Below are positions 9,343 through 18,739 of a DNA stretch of 64,000 nucleotides, in pieces (position 1 is the stretch's first letter; each line of letters opens with the position of its first letter). The DNA is from Acutalibacteraceae bacterium. Lineage in GTDB: Bacteria > Bacillota > Clostridia > Oscillospirales > Acutalibacteraceae. The position numbers were made by a program, and so were the translations under genes. Below the pieces are notes generated by a model. It searched no databases. It was not told the DNA's origin and worked only from the letters and a program-made list of their open reading frames with translations. The DNA lies in assembly GCA_045635665.1 (NCBI GenBank), contig JAZTWC010000069.1, positions 8,532-72,531 on the forward strand. Direction: 5' to 3'.

Positions 9343-12138
9343 TTATCTTGTGAATTTATAAGCTGAAGAAAGAGTACCGATTATTTTCATGCCGAAGCTA
9401 TTGATAGCAGGGATTACGTTAACGGGTGATTTCATCTTCATTGAGAAGGGTGAAGATACCTGATATGAGTCGAGGGTACCCTCTGCATTGACTACAGCTG
9501 TGATAGTTGTATCGCCGACTGTTGTAAGCTGATTTTCTGTGTCGCCTGTTGCAAACTGACCAAGTGAAGCAACTGTAGTTGCAAAACCGTTATGATAGGA
9601 AGCTTGCTGTACGTTTGTTTCTGAGCCGTATGACTCTTCATAGAGAGTAACAACAAACTTGTATCCGCCGTTTGTTGTAGGAGAAACCATAACAGACTTG
9701 ATGCCGTCTTTCCAGGCTGTGGGGTTGTCGCTTTCGTGAAGATATGCATACTCTTCATCTGAGGGGTCAACGTATCTTGCGAGATTGATTGATTTACCCT
9801 GACTGTTTCTGGCGATGCAGTTATCGAAGGTGAGAGTTTCCTGAGTTTTTTCTGTACCGCCGAGTGAGATGCCTTTAAGGTCGTCTTTGTCTTTGTTGAG
9901 GTCGGGTACAAGTGAGTTTACTGTGTTGAGTACAGTTTCGATATCGTCACCATCAATAGCAAGCTTGTTTATGTAGATTTTGTCAGTGTCATATGATACA
10001 ACTGAAGCACTGTCTACTGTAACAGTATTTGTCTCATGTTTTGTTTTGTTGATAGCTTCAATAAGATAGAGAAGCTGAGCGTTTACACTGTAATTATATC
10101 TTGAGTCGCTTGAAGCGAGAATCTTGAAGCTTTCTGTTTTGATGATGAGGTTTTCAACTGCACAACCTGCAAAGTCGCCGTTGGTAGCATAGCCGTAAAT
10201 TGAAAGGCTTTCTATTGCATCGGGGGTGAGACATACAGTAGCTGTTGTAGCACTGATATCTTTAGCAAGGTATCTGTTTTCCAAACCTCTGTCTGCTCCT
10301 CTTTGCTTAGCGATTACTCTGTATTTTGATGCACCCTCAACTGCGGGCCAGCTGATTGTCTGTGTAACACCATCCTGAGTTACTTTAATGCCGTTTGTTG
10401 AAGCAATAATCTCTTCTGAAACTGCACTCTTTGAGTCAACGCCTCTTGCGTATACTCTGTAAAGACCGCCCATTGCATCATCGCTTCTGTCTGTGTATCT
10501 TGTTTCGCTTGTAATTTTGAGAGCTGACCAACTGTCAGTGTCAAAATCATATTTTTCAAGTACATATTCATCGGCTTCGGCAACAGCATCCCAGGCGAGA
10601 GTGATTGATGTGTCTGTGCTGCTGTCAACAAAAATTTCAGGTGTGGCAACAGCTTTGAGAACAAGAGCCTTTTCTCTGAAGGGACCTTCTGAAACTATAC
10701 CGTCGTTATTTGTGAAAGCCTTGATGTTGAATGAGAAACTGGGGAGAGAGCTTACATCAGTGATTGTGACTGTGTTGGTATCTGTTGTTGCTACCTTTTC
10801 AAAAGCCTTTGTATTAAATGCATAGATTGCATAGCCGTGTACATTTGACATAGGAGTCCAGGTGAATCTGAATGAGCCGTCAGCAAGTACTTCGCCTTCG
10901 AAGTTCTTTACAGATGCTGTGGGAGGTGTCAGAATCTCAAAAGCTTCTGAGAATGTACCCTTTGCGGTTTCACCTGATTTTGTAGCCTTGGTGTATGCTC
11001 TGACTTTGATTTTGTATACGCCACCGTCGGAGATGTCAATGTAAGCCTTGTTTGTGCTGACTGTGGGAAGTTTGACGGCTGAACCTGAAGCATAGTCATA
11101 AACCTGATAGCCCTGAGCACCGCTGATTTTATCCCAAGTGATAACAGCTGTTGTGTTTGTGATAGAGGTAAGCTCTATACCTACAACTGCCTTGAGAGTG
11201 GGGCGTACGCTCTTTGCTGAAGAGAAGTCACCGTAGTATGTCTTTGAGTCTGTTTTGTAGTAACCTCTGATTTTATATGAGTACTTTGTGCCGAGCTCAA
11301 GACCTGTGTTTGAAAGTGATGTTGTTGACTTTGAAGAGATGGTCTTATATTTTTTCCATGAGCCTGATTCAGTCTTTTTATAAACCTGATAGCCGGTTAC
11401 ACTTGCTGAGCTCCAAGTGAGCTTGACTGAAGTTGTGCCTGATGAAGTAACTTTGAAGTTGGAGATTTTGGGAACCTGAGCTGTGCCCTTGACTGTTGAT
11501 GACACTGAGCCGTAGATTTTTTCGCTGCCGTTTTTAACATAAGCTCTGACTCTGAATGATGTTGTTGAGCCGGTTTTGAGACCTGTTACTGTATAGGTTG
11601 TGGAGGTTGTGCTCTTTACACTCTTCCAAGCACCGCTAACGTATTTCTGAACGAGATAGCCGTCTGCGCCTGCAACTGAATTCCAGGTGAGCTTGACCTT
11701 TGAGGGGGTTGTTGTAGCTACCTTGAGACCTGTTACCTTGCCGAGAGTGTTGGTGACGCTGACCTCGACGCTAGGAGTTGAGAAGTCCTTGCTGAAACCA
11801 CCGAGGAAAGGAATCTTTACTTCATCATAAGCGGTTACGCGGAAGATATATGTGTAACCCATTTTGAGATTGCCGATTTTATAGGTTGTTGCCTGAAGAG
11901 TTTCTGTAAGAGTTGACCAGGCACCGTACTTTGTGCCGTTGCCGTAACGGTACTCGACTCTGTAGCCGTCAGCGTCAGCGATAGAATTCCATGTGAGTGT
12001 AACAATGTTGTTGTTTGGTTGTGTAGCCTTAAGGCCTGTTACTCTGCCAACGTCAGCGGCTGAAGCAGATGCCGAAAGCATAATGCTCATCACAAGGCAG
12101 ATGATTAAAGCTAAGATTGATTTATTGAGTTTTTTCAT
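9343..12138 (-). CDS. Secreted protein with seven fibronectin type III-like repeats plus the shared C-terminal domain
   Basis: Signal peptide ending in ASA. Repeats follow the pattern V.GLK....T...V.L.W..V.GA.GY.V..Y ... YRVRAY. AAGGAGG RBS. Confidence 0.7.
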   Translation of the reverse strand: MKKLNKSILALIICLVMSIMLSASASAADVGRVTGLKATQPNNNIVTLTWNSIADADGYRVEYRYGNGTKYGAWSTLTETLQATTYKIGNLKMGYTYIFRVTAYDEVKIPFLGGFSKDFSTPSVEVSVTNTLGKVTGLKVATTTPSKVKLTWNSVAGADGYLVQKYVSGAWKSVKSTTSTTYTVTGLKTGSTTSFRVRAYVKNGSEKIYGSVSSTVKGTAQVPKISNFKVTSSGTTSVKLTWSSASVTGYQVYKKTESGSWKKYKTISSKSTTSLSNTGLELGTKYSYKIRGYYKTDSKTYYGDFSSAKSVRPTLKAVVGIELTSITNTTAVITWDKISGAQGYQVYDYASGSAVKLPTVSTNKAYIDISDGGVYKIKVRAYTKATKSGETAKGTFSEAFEILTPPTASVKNFEGEVLADGSFRFTWTPMSNVHGYAIYAFNTKAFEKVATTDTNTVTITDVSSLPSFSFNIKAFTNNDGIVSEGPFREKALVLKAVATPEIFVDSSTDTSITLAWDAVAEADEYVLEKYDFDTDSWSALKITSETRYTDRSDDAMGGLYRVYARGVDSKSAVSEEIIASTNGIKVTQDGVTQTISWPAVEGASKYRVIAKQRGADRGLENRYLAKDISATTATVCLTPDAIESLSIYGYATNGDFAGCAVENLIIKTESFKILASSDSRYNYSVNAQLLYLIEAINKTKHETNTVTVDSASVVSYDTDKIYINKLAIDGDDIETVLNTVNSLVPDLNKDKDDLKGISLGGTEKTQETLTFDNCIARNSQGKSINLARYVDPSDEEYAYLHESDNPTAWKDGIKSVMVSPTTNGGYKFVVTLYEESYGSETNVQQASYHNGFATTVASLGQFATGDTENQLTTVGDTTITAVVNAEGTLDSYQVSSPFSMKMKSPVNVIPAINSFGMKIIGTLSSAYKFTR

Positions 12139-12156
12139 ATTGTATCCTCCTTATCA

Positions 12157-14361
12157 TTAAACCGTTACAAATGCCACGGTAGTAACAATAGTCTGATTGA
12201 ATGTGTAGGTGTTGATTGAACCTGTTTTGAATGTGACCTGCACAGGCATTGAAATTTCCATATGGCTTATCATACCATTCTGGATTTTTGCTGTTACCTT
12301 AGTGCCTTCATACAAGCAAGATGTAAGAGAGAATCCGCTTGCCATATCTTCTATCCTATCCCAGTCAATGGCTGTGGTGATTTTTGAGTTTTTAGCTGCA
12401 TCTGCATATTCAGCACCGACTGTAAAGGTTACCTCATAGCCTGAGCCGTTGCCCTTATAGGTCATAGTCTCTGACTTGATATCGGTGAAATCGAGAGTAC
12501 AGTTTTTATTTTCGGGGCCTACAAAAGCTGTTGCGCCTTTGCCGTCTGCGGTTTTACCATCGGCAAATACATAGGTGTCTGAACCTGCCTGAGCCATGCT
12601 TTCAATGATGGTATCATTTCTGTCACCGGTGAAATCCTTGAAAGCAACATCTTTATAAAGCACTGCGTTGCCGCTGTAGCTTTTGGTGTTGTTGAGAGCT
12701 TCCACAAAGCCGTCAAAAGCAGCCTGCTTTGTTGCGGGAAGTGCGATTGTCTTGGCTGAGACAGTTGATGAGTAATAGCTGTATGTTGTCTCGGCAGGTC
12801 TTGTTGTATAAGCTCTGATTTTGAATGTGTACTTTGTGCCGGGGTTGAGACCTGATACTGAGTAAGCTGTCTCGCCTGCGGGTACCTTTCTGGTCTGCTC
12901 TGTCTTGTCGGATGTGTTGAGAACGTGAATTTCATATCCTGTAACTCCGTCTACAGCTTTCCAGCTAAGGGTAATCTTGTCGAAGTAAACAGCGCTGTCA
13001 TCATAGCTCAGACCGCTGACACTTGCGGGTCTTGTTGCAAATGTAACTTCTTTCTGGCTGTCACTGTAGCTTACATCGCCTGATGAAGCTTTGTAATAAG
13101 CCTGAACTGCGAATTTATATTCTGTGTTAGGAGAGAGACCTGTTATTTTAGCATTGAGTGATGTTGTTGAGGTCTTGCGCTCAAATTTGTTTGTCTTTGT
13201 ATTGAAAAGATATACTCTGTAGCCGTTTGCGTTTTCAGCCTTTGTCCATGTGAGCTTAACGTAATTTTCAGCAGCTGAGGCTGTAAACTTAGACACGGCA
13301 CCGGGTTTTGACATACCCACTGTCAGAGTAGGTGAGTACTCACCGTAATAAGTTTTGGATGAAACTTTGGCGTAAGCTCTGACTCTGTATTTAGCTGAGT
13401 CACCCATTGCAACTTTTTTGTCGGTATAGGTGGTCTTCGATGAGTTTGTGAGCTTTTCCCATTTTTTAGAGGTTTCGTTGTACTTGTAAATCTGATAGCC
13501 TGTAGCCTTGGTTATGGTGCTCCATTTAAGAGCGACACCATCGGCTGTAACAGATGTTGTTTTGAGAGTCTTGACTTTCTGAGGGTTAACAGTTACCGTG
13601 CATTTTGCATTGAGCTTACTGCCGTCTGCCGTTGTAACGGTTATTGTCGCTGTGCCGATTCCTACAGCTTTGATCTTACCGCTAGATGACACAGTAGCAA
13701 CCTTTTCATCAGAAGATTTATAGGTTACCTTTGAGTTGTAAAGCACCTCAGGTGAAAGTGTAACCTTGAGGTCTCTTTCTGCTGTGAGTCCCACAGCGAG
13801 AGTTGTGTAGTTGAGCTTGATGGATGTTGCATATCTGTAACCGAGCTTGACATAGTCGAGAGTCTTTATGTATCCTTCGCCTTTTGAACCGGGGATTGTG
13901 TAAACTGTAAGGCTATTACAACCCTTGAAAACGTTTTTGCCGATTTCTGTAACAGAGGCGGGGATGATTGCAGTCTTGAGTGCTGTGCAATACCAGAAAA
14001 CTGAATCATCAAGCTTTGTTACTGAAGAGGGGATGACAATCTTTTTAAGAGAGATACACTCGTTAAAAGCCGCGTACCCGATAGTCTTTACTGTTGAGGG
14101 TATGGCAACTGAGGTAATTGTCTTATTCTGCCAGAAAGCCTCGCCACCTATTTCAGTAACGGGCTTGCCTGATACCTTCGAGGGGATCTCAACAGAAGCC
14201 GCTGTGCCGTTATATTTTATCAGCACTGCCCCCGAAGAAGAAGTTTCAAATGTAAAGTCGCCTGATGTTACGGTTTTAGCCGAAGCGGACATACTGAAAA
14301 CCACTGCAAGGGTAAGCATTACCGCCAGTAGCATCAGGACTCTTGAAGTTTGTTTTTTCAT
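12157..14361 (-). CDS. Secreted protein: BspA-type leucine-rich repeats, Big_2 Ig-like domain, three FN3-like repeats, shared C-terminal domain
   Basis: Start at MKKQTSRV follows a GGAGGA RBS. LRR units read IPS.V..IG..AF..C..L. The Big_2 segment is ATVSSSGKIKAVGIGTATITVTTADG. FN3 repeats have a GY.IY signature. Confidence 0.7.
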   Translation of the reverse strand: MKKQTSRVLMLLAVMLTLAVVFSMSASAKTVTSGDFTFETSSSGAVLIKYNGTAASVEIPSKVSGKPVTEIGGEAFWQNKTITSVAIPSTVKTIGYAAFNECISLKKIVIPSSVTKLDDSVFWYCTALKTAIIPASVTEIGKNVFKGCNSLTVYTIPGSKGEGYIKTLDYVKLGYRYATSIKLNYTTLAVGLTAERDLKVTLSPEVLYNSKVTYKSSDEKVATVSSSGKIKAVGIGTATITVTTADGSKLNAKCTVTVNPQKVKTLKTTSVTADGVALKWSTITKATGYQIYKYNETSKKWEKLTNSSKTTYTDKKVAMGDSAKYRVRAYAKVSSKTYYGEYSPTLTVGMSKPGAVSKFTASAAENYVKLTWTKAENANGYRVYLFNTKTNKFERKTSTTSLNAKITGLSPNTEYKFAVQAYYKASSGDVSYSDSQKEVTFATRPASVSGLSYDDSAVYFDKITLSWKAVDGVTGYEIHVLNTSDKTEQTRKVPAGETAYSVSGLNPGTKYTFKIRAYTTRPAETTYSYYSSTVSAKTIALPATKQAAFDGFVEALNNTKSYSGNAVLYKDVAFKDFTGDRNDTIIESMAQAGSDTYVFADGKTADGKGATAFVGPENKNCTLDFTDIKSETMTYKGNGSGYEVTFTVGAEYADAAKNSKITTAIDWDRIEDMASGFSLTSCLYEGTKVTAKIQNGMISHMEISMPVQVTFKTGSINTYTFNQTIVTTVAFVTV

Positions 14362-14393
14362 AATTCTGCGTCCTCCAAAACGATACTGAGTAA

Positions 14394-14422
14394 ATATTAT
14401 CACGAAACGTGTGAAATTTCAA
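14394..14422 (-). promoter_or_regulatory. Putative promoter of the surface-protein operon (TTGAAA-17-TAATAT, extended TG)
   Basis: The minus strand reads TTGAAAtttcacacgtttcgtgaTAATAT. The spacer contains the near-palindrome TCACACGTTTCGTGA. Confidence 0.5.
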
Positions 14423-14532
14423 TTGTTTTTTTATTAATATATTAGTTTTTATATAACAATATAAGATAATACTATGCTCGGATATATTATTACAGTGTTG
14501 TGTGACAGAAATATGTTATGAATATAAATTTA

Positions 14533-14567
14533 AAATAAAAAGAAAAAGAGATGGGATAACCCATCTC
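14533..14567 (-). terminator. rpsT terminator
   Basis: GAGATGGG / CCCATCTC hairpin followed by a T-run on the minus strand, just after the rpsT stop. Confidence 0.7.
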
Positions 14568-14585
14568 GAATCTTAACTTTGCTGA

Positions 14586-14846
14586 TTATTTTGAAGCGTT
14601 GAGCTTTGTGATGATAGCTGACTTCTTTCTAGCAGCATTGTTCTTGTGAAGGAGACCCTTAGCTACTGCCTGGTCGATCTTCTTAACTGCGAGCTTTACA
14701 GCTGCTTCCTTATCTGCATCGTTAGCTTCGATAGCAGCGTTAGCCTTCTTAAGAGCTGTCTTAAGAGCTGAGTTTGCTGACTTGTTACGAGCCTGCTTTG
14801 TTGCGCTTACGAGAACACGCTTTTTAGCTGATTTAATGTTTGGCAT
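14586..14846 (-). CDS. rpsT: 30S ribosomal protein S20
   Basis: MPNIKSAKKRV N-terminus; 86 aa, basic and Ala/Lys-rich. Confidence 0.95.
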   Translation of the reverse strand: MPNIKSAKKRVLVSATKQARNKSANSALKTALKKANAAIEANDADKEAAVKLAVKKIDQAVAKGLLHKNNAARKKSAIITKLNASK

Positions 14847-15003
14847 AGTTTACACCTCCTCTTAATACCGTCATGCAAAAGACATCATATCACTTTTTTT
14901 AGAAAATTGCAAGATATTTTTGCAAATTTGGATAGACTTTTTTCATACGGCGATAATAATACTACATATTTTCAAAGATTGCAATAGTTTGAGGTGAAAA
15001 AAT

Positions 15004-15882
15004 TTGAATTTTCGCACAGATCTTGCCATTGAAAGGCAGGAATATCGTGAAAAAGATAAACTCGACGGGGTTTTGTCACACTATAAAACCGTCGACGGAG
15101 TGAAAATAACCACTATAGAAATAATAAATGACCAAGGCGAAAAAATCATCGGCAAGCCGATGGGCAGATATATCACCATAGAAAATGATAAACTTTCAAA
15201 AAGCAGTGAGGTTTTTTCAGCGGTATGCGACGTGCTTTGCGATGAACTCAGAGAATTGCTCCCGCAGAATGGGACAGTGCTTGTGGTGGGACTTGGCAAC
15301 GAAGATATAACACCCGATGCTCTCGGACCTAAGTGTATGGACCTGCTGCTTGCTACGAGGCATATAAGCAGTGAGTTTGCCGAAAGTCTCGGACTCGGCT
15401 CCCTTCGCAGTGTGGCGGGAATAGTGCCGGGAGTACTCGGAAAAACAGGTATAGAAACTGTAGAAATTATCAGTGGTGTGGTGAAAAAGATAGAGCCTTG
15501 CTGTGTGATAGTCATAGATGCCTTGGCGTCACGAAGTGTGGCAAGACTCGGCACAACTGTACAGATTGCTGATACGGGAGTGTCTCCGGGGTCGGGTGTC
15601 GGAAACAGAAGAAAAGCTATTAACTGCGAGACCTTAGGTGTACCCGTTATAGCGATCGGTGTGCCTACAGTGGTGGATGCTCTGACTATGGCGGCTGAAG
15701 TTTTTGAAAAAGCAGATATTAAAATGCCTGTGGCTGATTTCAGCGAGCACAGACAGATGATGGTTACTCCGAAAGAGATAGACACTCTGATTGATAAGGC
15801 GGCCCATCTGATTGCTATGGGGATTAATCTTGCGTTACAGACTGAGCTCAGTGCCGCAGATATAACCGAAATTGTCGGTTGA
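15004..15882 (+). CDS. gpr: Germination protease (spore endopeptidase GPR)
   Basis: NFRTDLAIE N-terminus; TTG start after a GAGGTG RBS; rpsT / gpr-spoIIP synteny as in other endospore formers. Confidence 0.9.
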   Translation: MNFRTDLAIERQEYREKDKLDGVLSHYKTVDGVKITTIEIINDQGEKIIGKPMGRYITIENDKLSKSSEVFSAVCDVLCDELRELLPQNGTVLVVGLGNEDITPDALGPKCMDLLLATRHISSEFAESLGLGSLRSVAGIVPGVLGKTGIETVEIISGVVKKIEPCCVIVIDALASRSVARLGTTVQIADTGVSPGSGVGNRRKAINCETLGVPVIAIGVPTVVDALTMAAEVFEKADIKMPVADFSEHRQMMVTPKEIDTLIDKAAHLIAMGINLALQTELSAADITEIVG

Positions 15883-15970
15883 TTTCAGTGAGTAATTTTC
15901 ACACTGTAAGAATGTTGAGGCCACAGGACGAATAATCATATATATAGCAATCAAAAACGGAGGAATCCAT

Positions 15971-17107
15971 ATGAATAACAGAAAAGATAAAATTTTAAGG
16001 AAGATAATTACAGCGCTGGCAGTGTCGGTAACGGTTGCTGTCATAGTGATATTCAACGAGTTTTTCATATACATTCTTTCACAGACGGCACTCTTTGCGG
16101 CTAAGACTTATCTGCCATCTGAGGGCTTGACATTGCCCGTGTTTGTCAGTACAACAGCCGAAGAGGTGACCGAGACAATAACCGCTAAAGAAACTACCGA
16201 AAATGAAGAAACTGAAAACACGTCACTGCAGTTGAGCTTCACCGATACACCCGAGGATATAAAGCAAGTTATCGCTCAAAGAGAAAAGTCTGCATCAAAA
16301 GACAAGAAAGACGGCACCATATATGAAAAGCAATATAAAAACGAGGGAGTTACCGACAGTTTCGGTGCGGTCAAAGTTAAAAACGTGAATAAAACAGACA
16401 TTGATATAGAAAACATACTGAAAGAAAAAATTGATCTTTCTGTCAGTAAAGACAAACCCTCAGTGCTGATTTTTCACACCCATACCACTGAGACATATCA
16501 GATACTTGATCGCGGCTTTTACGAGACAAACTTCAAGACGAGAACTAAAGATTCGGGTCAGAATATGCTAAGAGTCGGAAAGGCTATTTGCGAAGAAATC
16601 GAAAAGCTTGGCTACAAGGTTATCCACGACACAGAGATACACGACCTTAGCTATAACGGTGCATATGCTCACTCACGCAAAAAAGTAGAGGAGTACCTGA
16701 AAAAATATCCGACTATACAGATTGTGCTTGATATTCACCGGGATGCCATACAACAAAACGACGGCACAAAAATCAAGCCTACTGCTACCATACAAGGCAA
16801 AAAGGCGGCGCAGATTATGATAATCAGCGGCTGTCAGGAAAAAGGCAATCCTATCGAAAACTTCCCCGATTGGCGATATAATCTGACTTTTGCGGTGCAT
16901 CTGCAAAATAAGCTTGAGACTTTGTTTCAGGGTATAACGAGACCGCTGTATTTTTGTCCGAGAAAATATAATATGAACCTCAGTCACTGTTCACTTTTAG
17001 TTGAGGTGGGCTCAGATGCCAACACTCTTGAAGAGGCTGTCTATACGGGCAAGTGCTTAGGTGTGGCTGTGGGAGAAATAATGAAAGAATACGAGGAGAA
17101 AATATGA
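15971..17107 (+). CDS. spoIIP: Stage II sporulation protein P
   Basis: N-terminal TM, VLIFHTHTTETY and LDIHRD motifs of the SpoIIP amidase family, GGAGGA RBS. Confidence 0.85.
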   Translation: MNNRKDKILRKIITALAVSVTVAVIVIFNEFFIYILSQTALFAAKTYLPSEGLTLPVFVSTTAEEVTETITAKETTENEETENTSLQLSFTDTPEDIKQVIAQREKSASKDKKDGTIYEKQYKNEGVTDSFGAVKVKNVNKTDIDIENILKEKIDLSVSKDKPSVLIFHTHTTETYQILDRGFYETNFKTRTKDSGQNMLRVGKAICEEIEKLGYKVIHDTEIHDLSYNGAYAHSRKKVEEYLKKYPTIQIVLDIHRDAIQQNDGTKIKPTATIQGKKAAQIMIISGCQEKGNPIENFPDWRYNLTFAVHLQNKLETLFQGITRPLYFCPRKYNMNLSHCSLLVEVGSDANTLEEAVYTGKCLGVAVGEIMKEYEEKI

Positions 17108-17427
17108 ATAACGAAATGAAAAAGATGCTATCAAAGTATGTTTTCCGCTGTGTGATTATCACTTGTTGTCTCTGTTTTTGTGCAGGTATAGTCACCGCTA
17201 AACAGCGAAGCGAATACAACACATACTTTACGCCATATGCTGTGATGACACTGAAAAACACAGCCGATACCATTGATCTGACAGTTGACGATAAGCATTA
17301 CAGTCTGGATACGAGCAAAATAAAAAGCCTTGCAAAGTATCGTGACTATCTGTATTTCACACCGATTTCCGGCCCGATTTTCTTTTTTGATAGTATTTTG
17401 TCGCTTTTCAGCACTTTTAAGGGTTAA
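17104..17427 (+). CDS. Hypothetical membrane protein (107 aa), translationally coupled to spoIIP
   Basis: ATGA start/stop overlap with spoIIP. Cys-rich TM segment FRCVIITCCLCFCAGIV. Confidence 0.5.
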   Translation: MNNEMKKMLSKYVFRCVIITCCLCFCAGIVTAKQRSEYNTYFTPYAVMTLKNTADTIDLTVDDKHYSLDTSKIKSLAKYRDYLYFTPISGPIFFFDSILSLFSTFKG

Positions 17428-17493
17428 AATTGCAATTTCCTATTGACATATTGTTAAAATAGTGATAAACTTCTCTAAACCGAATAGTTCAAT

Positions 17494-17665
17494 TAAAGAT
17501 AGAGGCGCGGTTAATCATCAGTAACTTCACACTTGAAGGGGTCCTCGCAAGACCAGCTGAAGCGAAAGGGATTGCTGCCGAAGGTATCAGGCGAAAGATA
17601 ACCTGGGCGGATGAAATAAGATTTGTCCGACTGTCGCATTTGCGGAGTGCTATTATAATTCAGAT
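17494..17665 (+). promoter_or_regulatory. Lysine riboswitch (L-box) aptamer
   Basis: Conserved L-box blocks occur in order: AGAGGCGCG, AGUA, GGGG, GAAAGGG, UGCCGAAG, CUGGGCG, GACUGUC. Located upstream of dapA. Confidence 0.8.
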
Positions 17666-17726
17666 AGGTTGTGAAGTTTATATTTCATATCTTATCGTCG
17701 GAAACTATTGTTTTCTGAGCTGTATT

Positions 17727-17756
17727 ACACTCGATGCAAATATCGGGTGTTTTTTG
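17727..17756 (+). terminator. Riboswitch expression-platform terminator
   Basis: ACACTCGAT / ATCGGGTGT 9-bp stem (one G-U pair) followed by TTTTT, 80 nt before dapA. Confidence 0.7.
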
Positions 17757-17836
17757 TTGGGTATTCCCCACAATATATTTAATCTATGTTAATTTGAAAT
17801 TCGGAAAAGAATCTTTATTATAAGGAGCTAACTATT

Positions 17837-18727
17837 ATGGAAAGAAAGCCTATTTTTACCGGTGCTGCATCAGCACTTATCACACCTATGACTGCAAGTG
17901 GTGTAGACTACGAAAACTTCAGAAAGCTCATCAACTGGCAGATTGAAGAGGGCATCGATGCTCTCGTTATTGCAGGTACTTCAGGTGAAGCTTCAACTCT
18001 TACAGACGAAGAACACAGAGAAGTTCTCAAGTTTGCTGTTGAGGTTGTTGACGGCAGAGTGCCCGTAATCGCAGGCACAGGTTCAAACGATACTGACTAT
18101 GCTATCGACCTTACAAAATATGCTTGTGAAATCGGATGTGACGCTATGCTTGTTGTTACACCTTACTACAACAAGGCTACACAGAAGGGCCTTATCAAGA
18201 TGTTCACAGCTATTGCTGACGCATCAACAAAGCCTGTTATTCTTTACAATGTACCTTCAAGAACAGGCGTAAACATCGAGCCCGCTACATACGCAGCACT
18301 TGCTGATCATCCTATGATTCAGGGTATCAAGGAAGCTAACGGCCAGATCGATAAAATCACAGAGACTATGGCTCTTTGCGGCGATAAGCTCGATCTTTAC
18401 TCAGGTAACGACGATCAGATTGTACCTCTTATGTCAGTTGGCGGTAAGGGTGTAATCTCAGTTCTTTCAAACGTACTTCCTAAGGAAACATCAGAGATGG
18501 TTCACAAATTCCTCAACGGTGATGTAAAGGGTGCAGCTCAGATGCAGTTCAAGTACTTCCCCCTTGTTAAGGCTCTCTTCAGCGAAGTTAACCCCATCCC
18601 CGCAAAGGCAGCTATGGCAGCTATGGGATTCTGTGAGGATTATGTAAGACTTCCCCTTACATGTATGGAAGACGCAACAAAGGCAGTGCTTCTTGACAGA
18701 ATGCGTGAAGCAGGTTTAGATGTATAA
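17837..18727 (+). CDS. dapA: 4-hydroxy-tetrahydrodipicolinate synthase
   Basis: GTSGE, TPYYNK, YNVPSRTG and GIKEA (Schiff-base Lys) motifs; AAGGAG RBS. Confidence 0.92.
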   Translation: MERKPIFTGAASALITPMTASGVDYENFRKLINWQIEEGIDALVIAGTSGEASTLTDEEHREVLKFAVEVVDGRVPVIAGTGSNDTDYAIDLTKYACEIGCDAMLVVTPYYNKATQKGLIKMFTAIADASTKPVILYNVPSRTGVNIEPATYAALADHPMIQGIKEANGQIDKITETMALCGDKLDLYSGNDDQIVPLMSVGGKGVISVLSNVLPKETSEMVHKFLNGDVKGAAQMQFKYFPLVKALFSEVNPIPAKAAMAAMGFCEDYVRLPLTCMEDATKAVLLDRMREAGLDV

Positions 18728-18739
18728 GAAGGTAAACAT

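Noticed and set aside
9343-14361. FN3 repeat arrays as DNA tandem repeats, a CRISPR-like array, or a DGR target
   Set aside because: The repeats are ~270-nt protein modules that have diverged at the DNA level. There are no short direct repeats with spacers. No reverse transcriptase or template repeat is present in the window.
14362-14585. Invertible promoter (inverton) upstream of the surface-protein operon
   Set aside because: I found no pair of flanking inverted repeats and no nearby recombinase. There is only a short near-palindrome inside the promoter spacer.
15081-15785. 234-aa ORF antisense to gpr
   Set aside because: It lies entirely inside a well-supported gene on the opposite strand. 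The translation is low-complexity and Ser/Thr/Pro-rich, with no RBS or motif. This is a typical shadow ORF.
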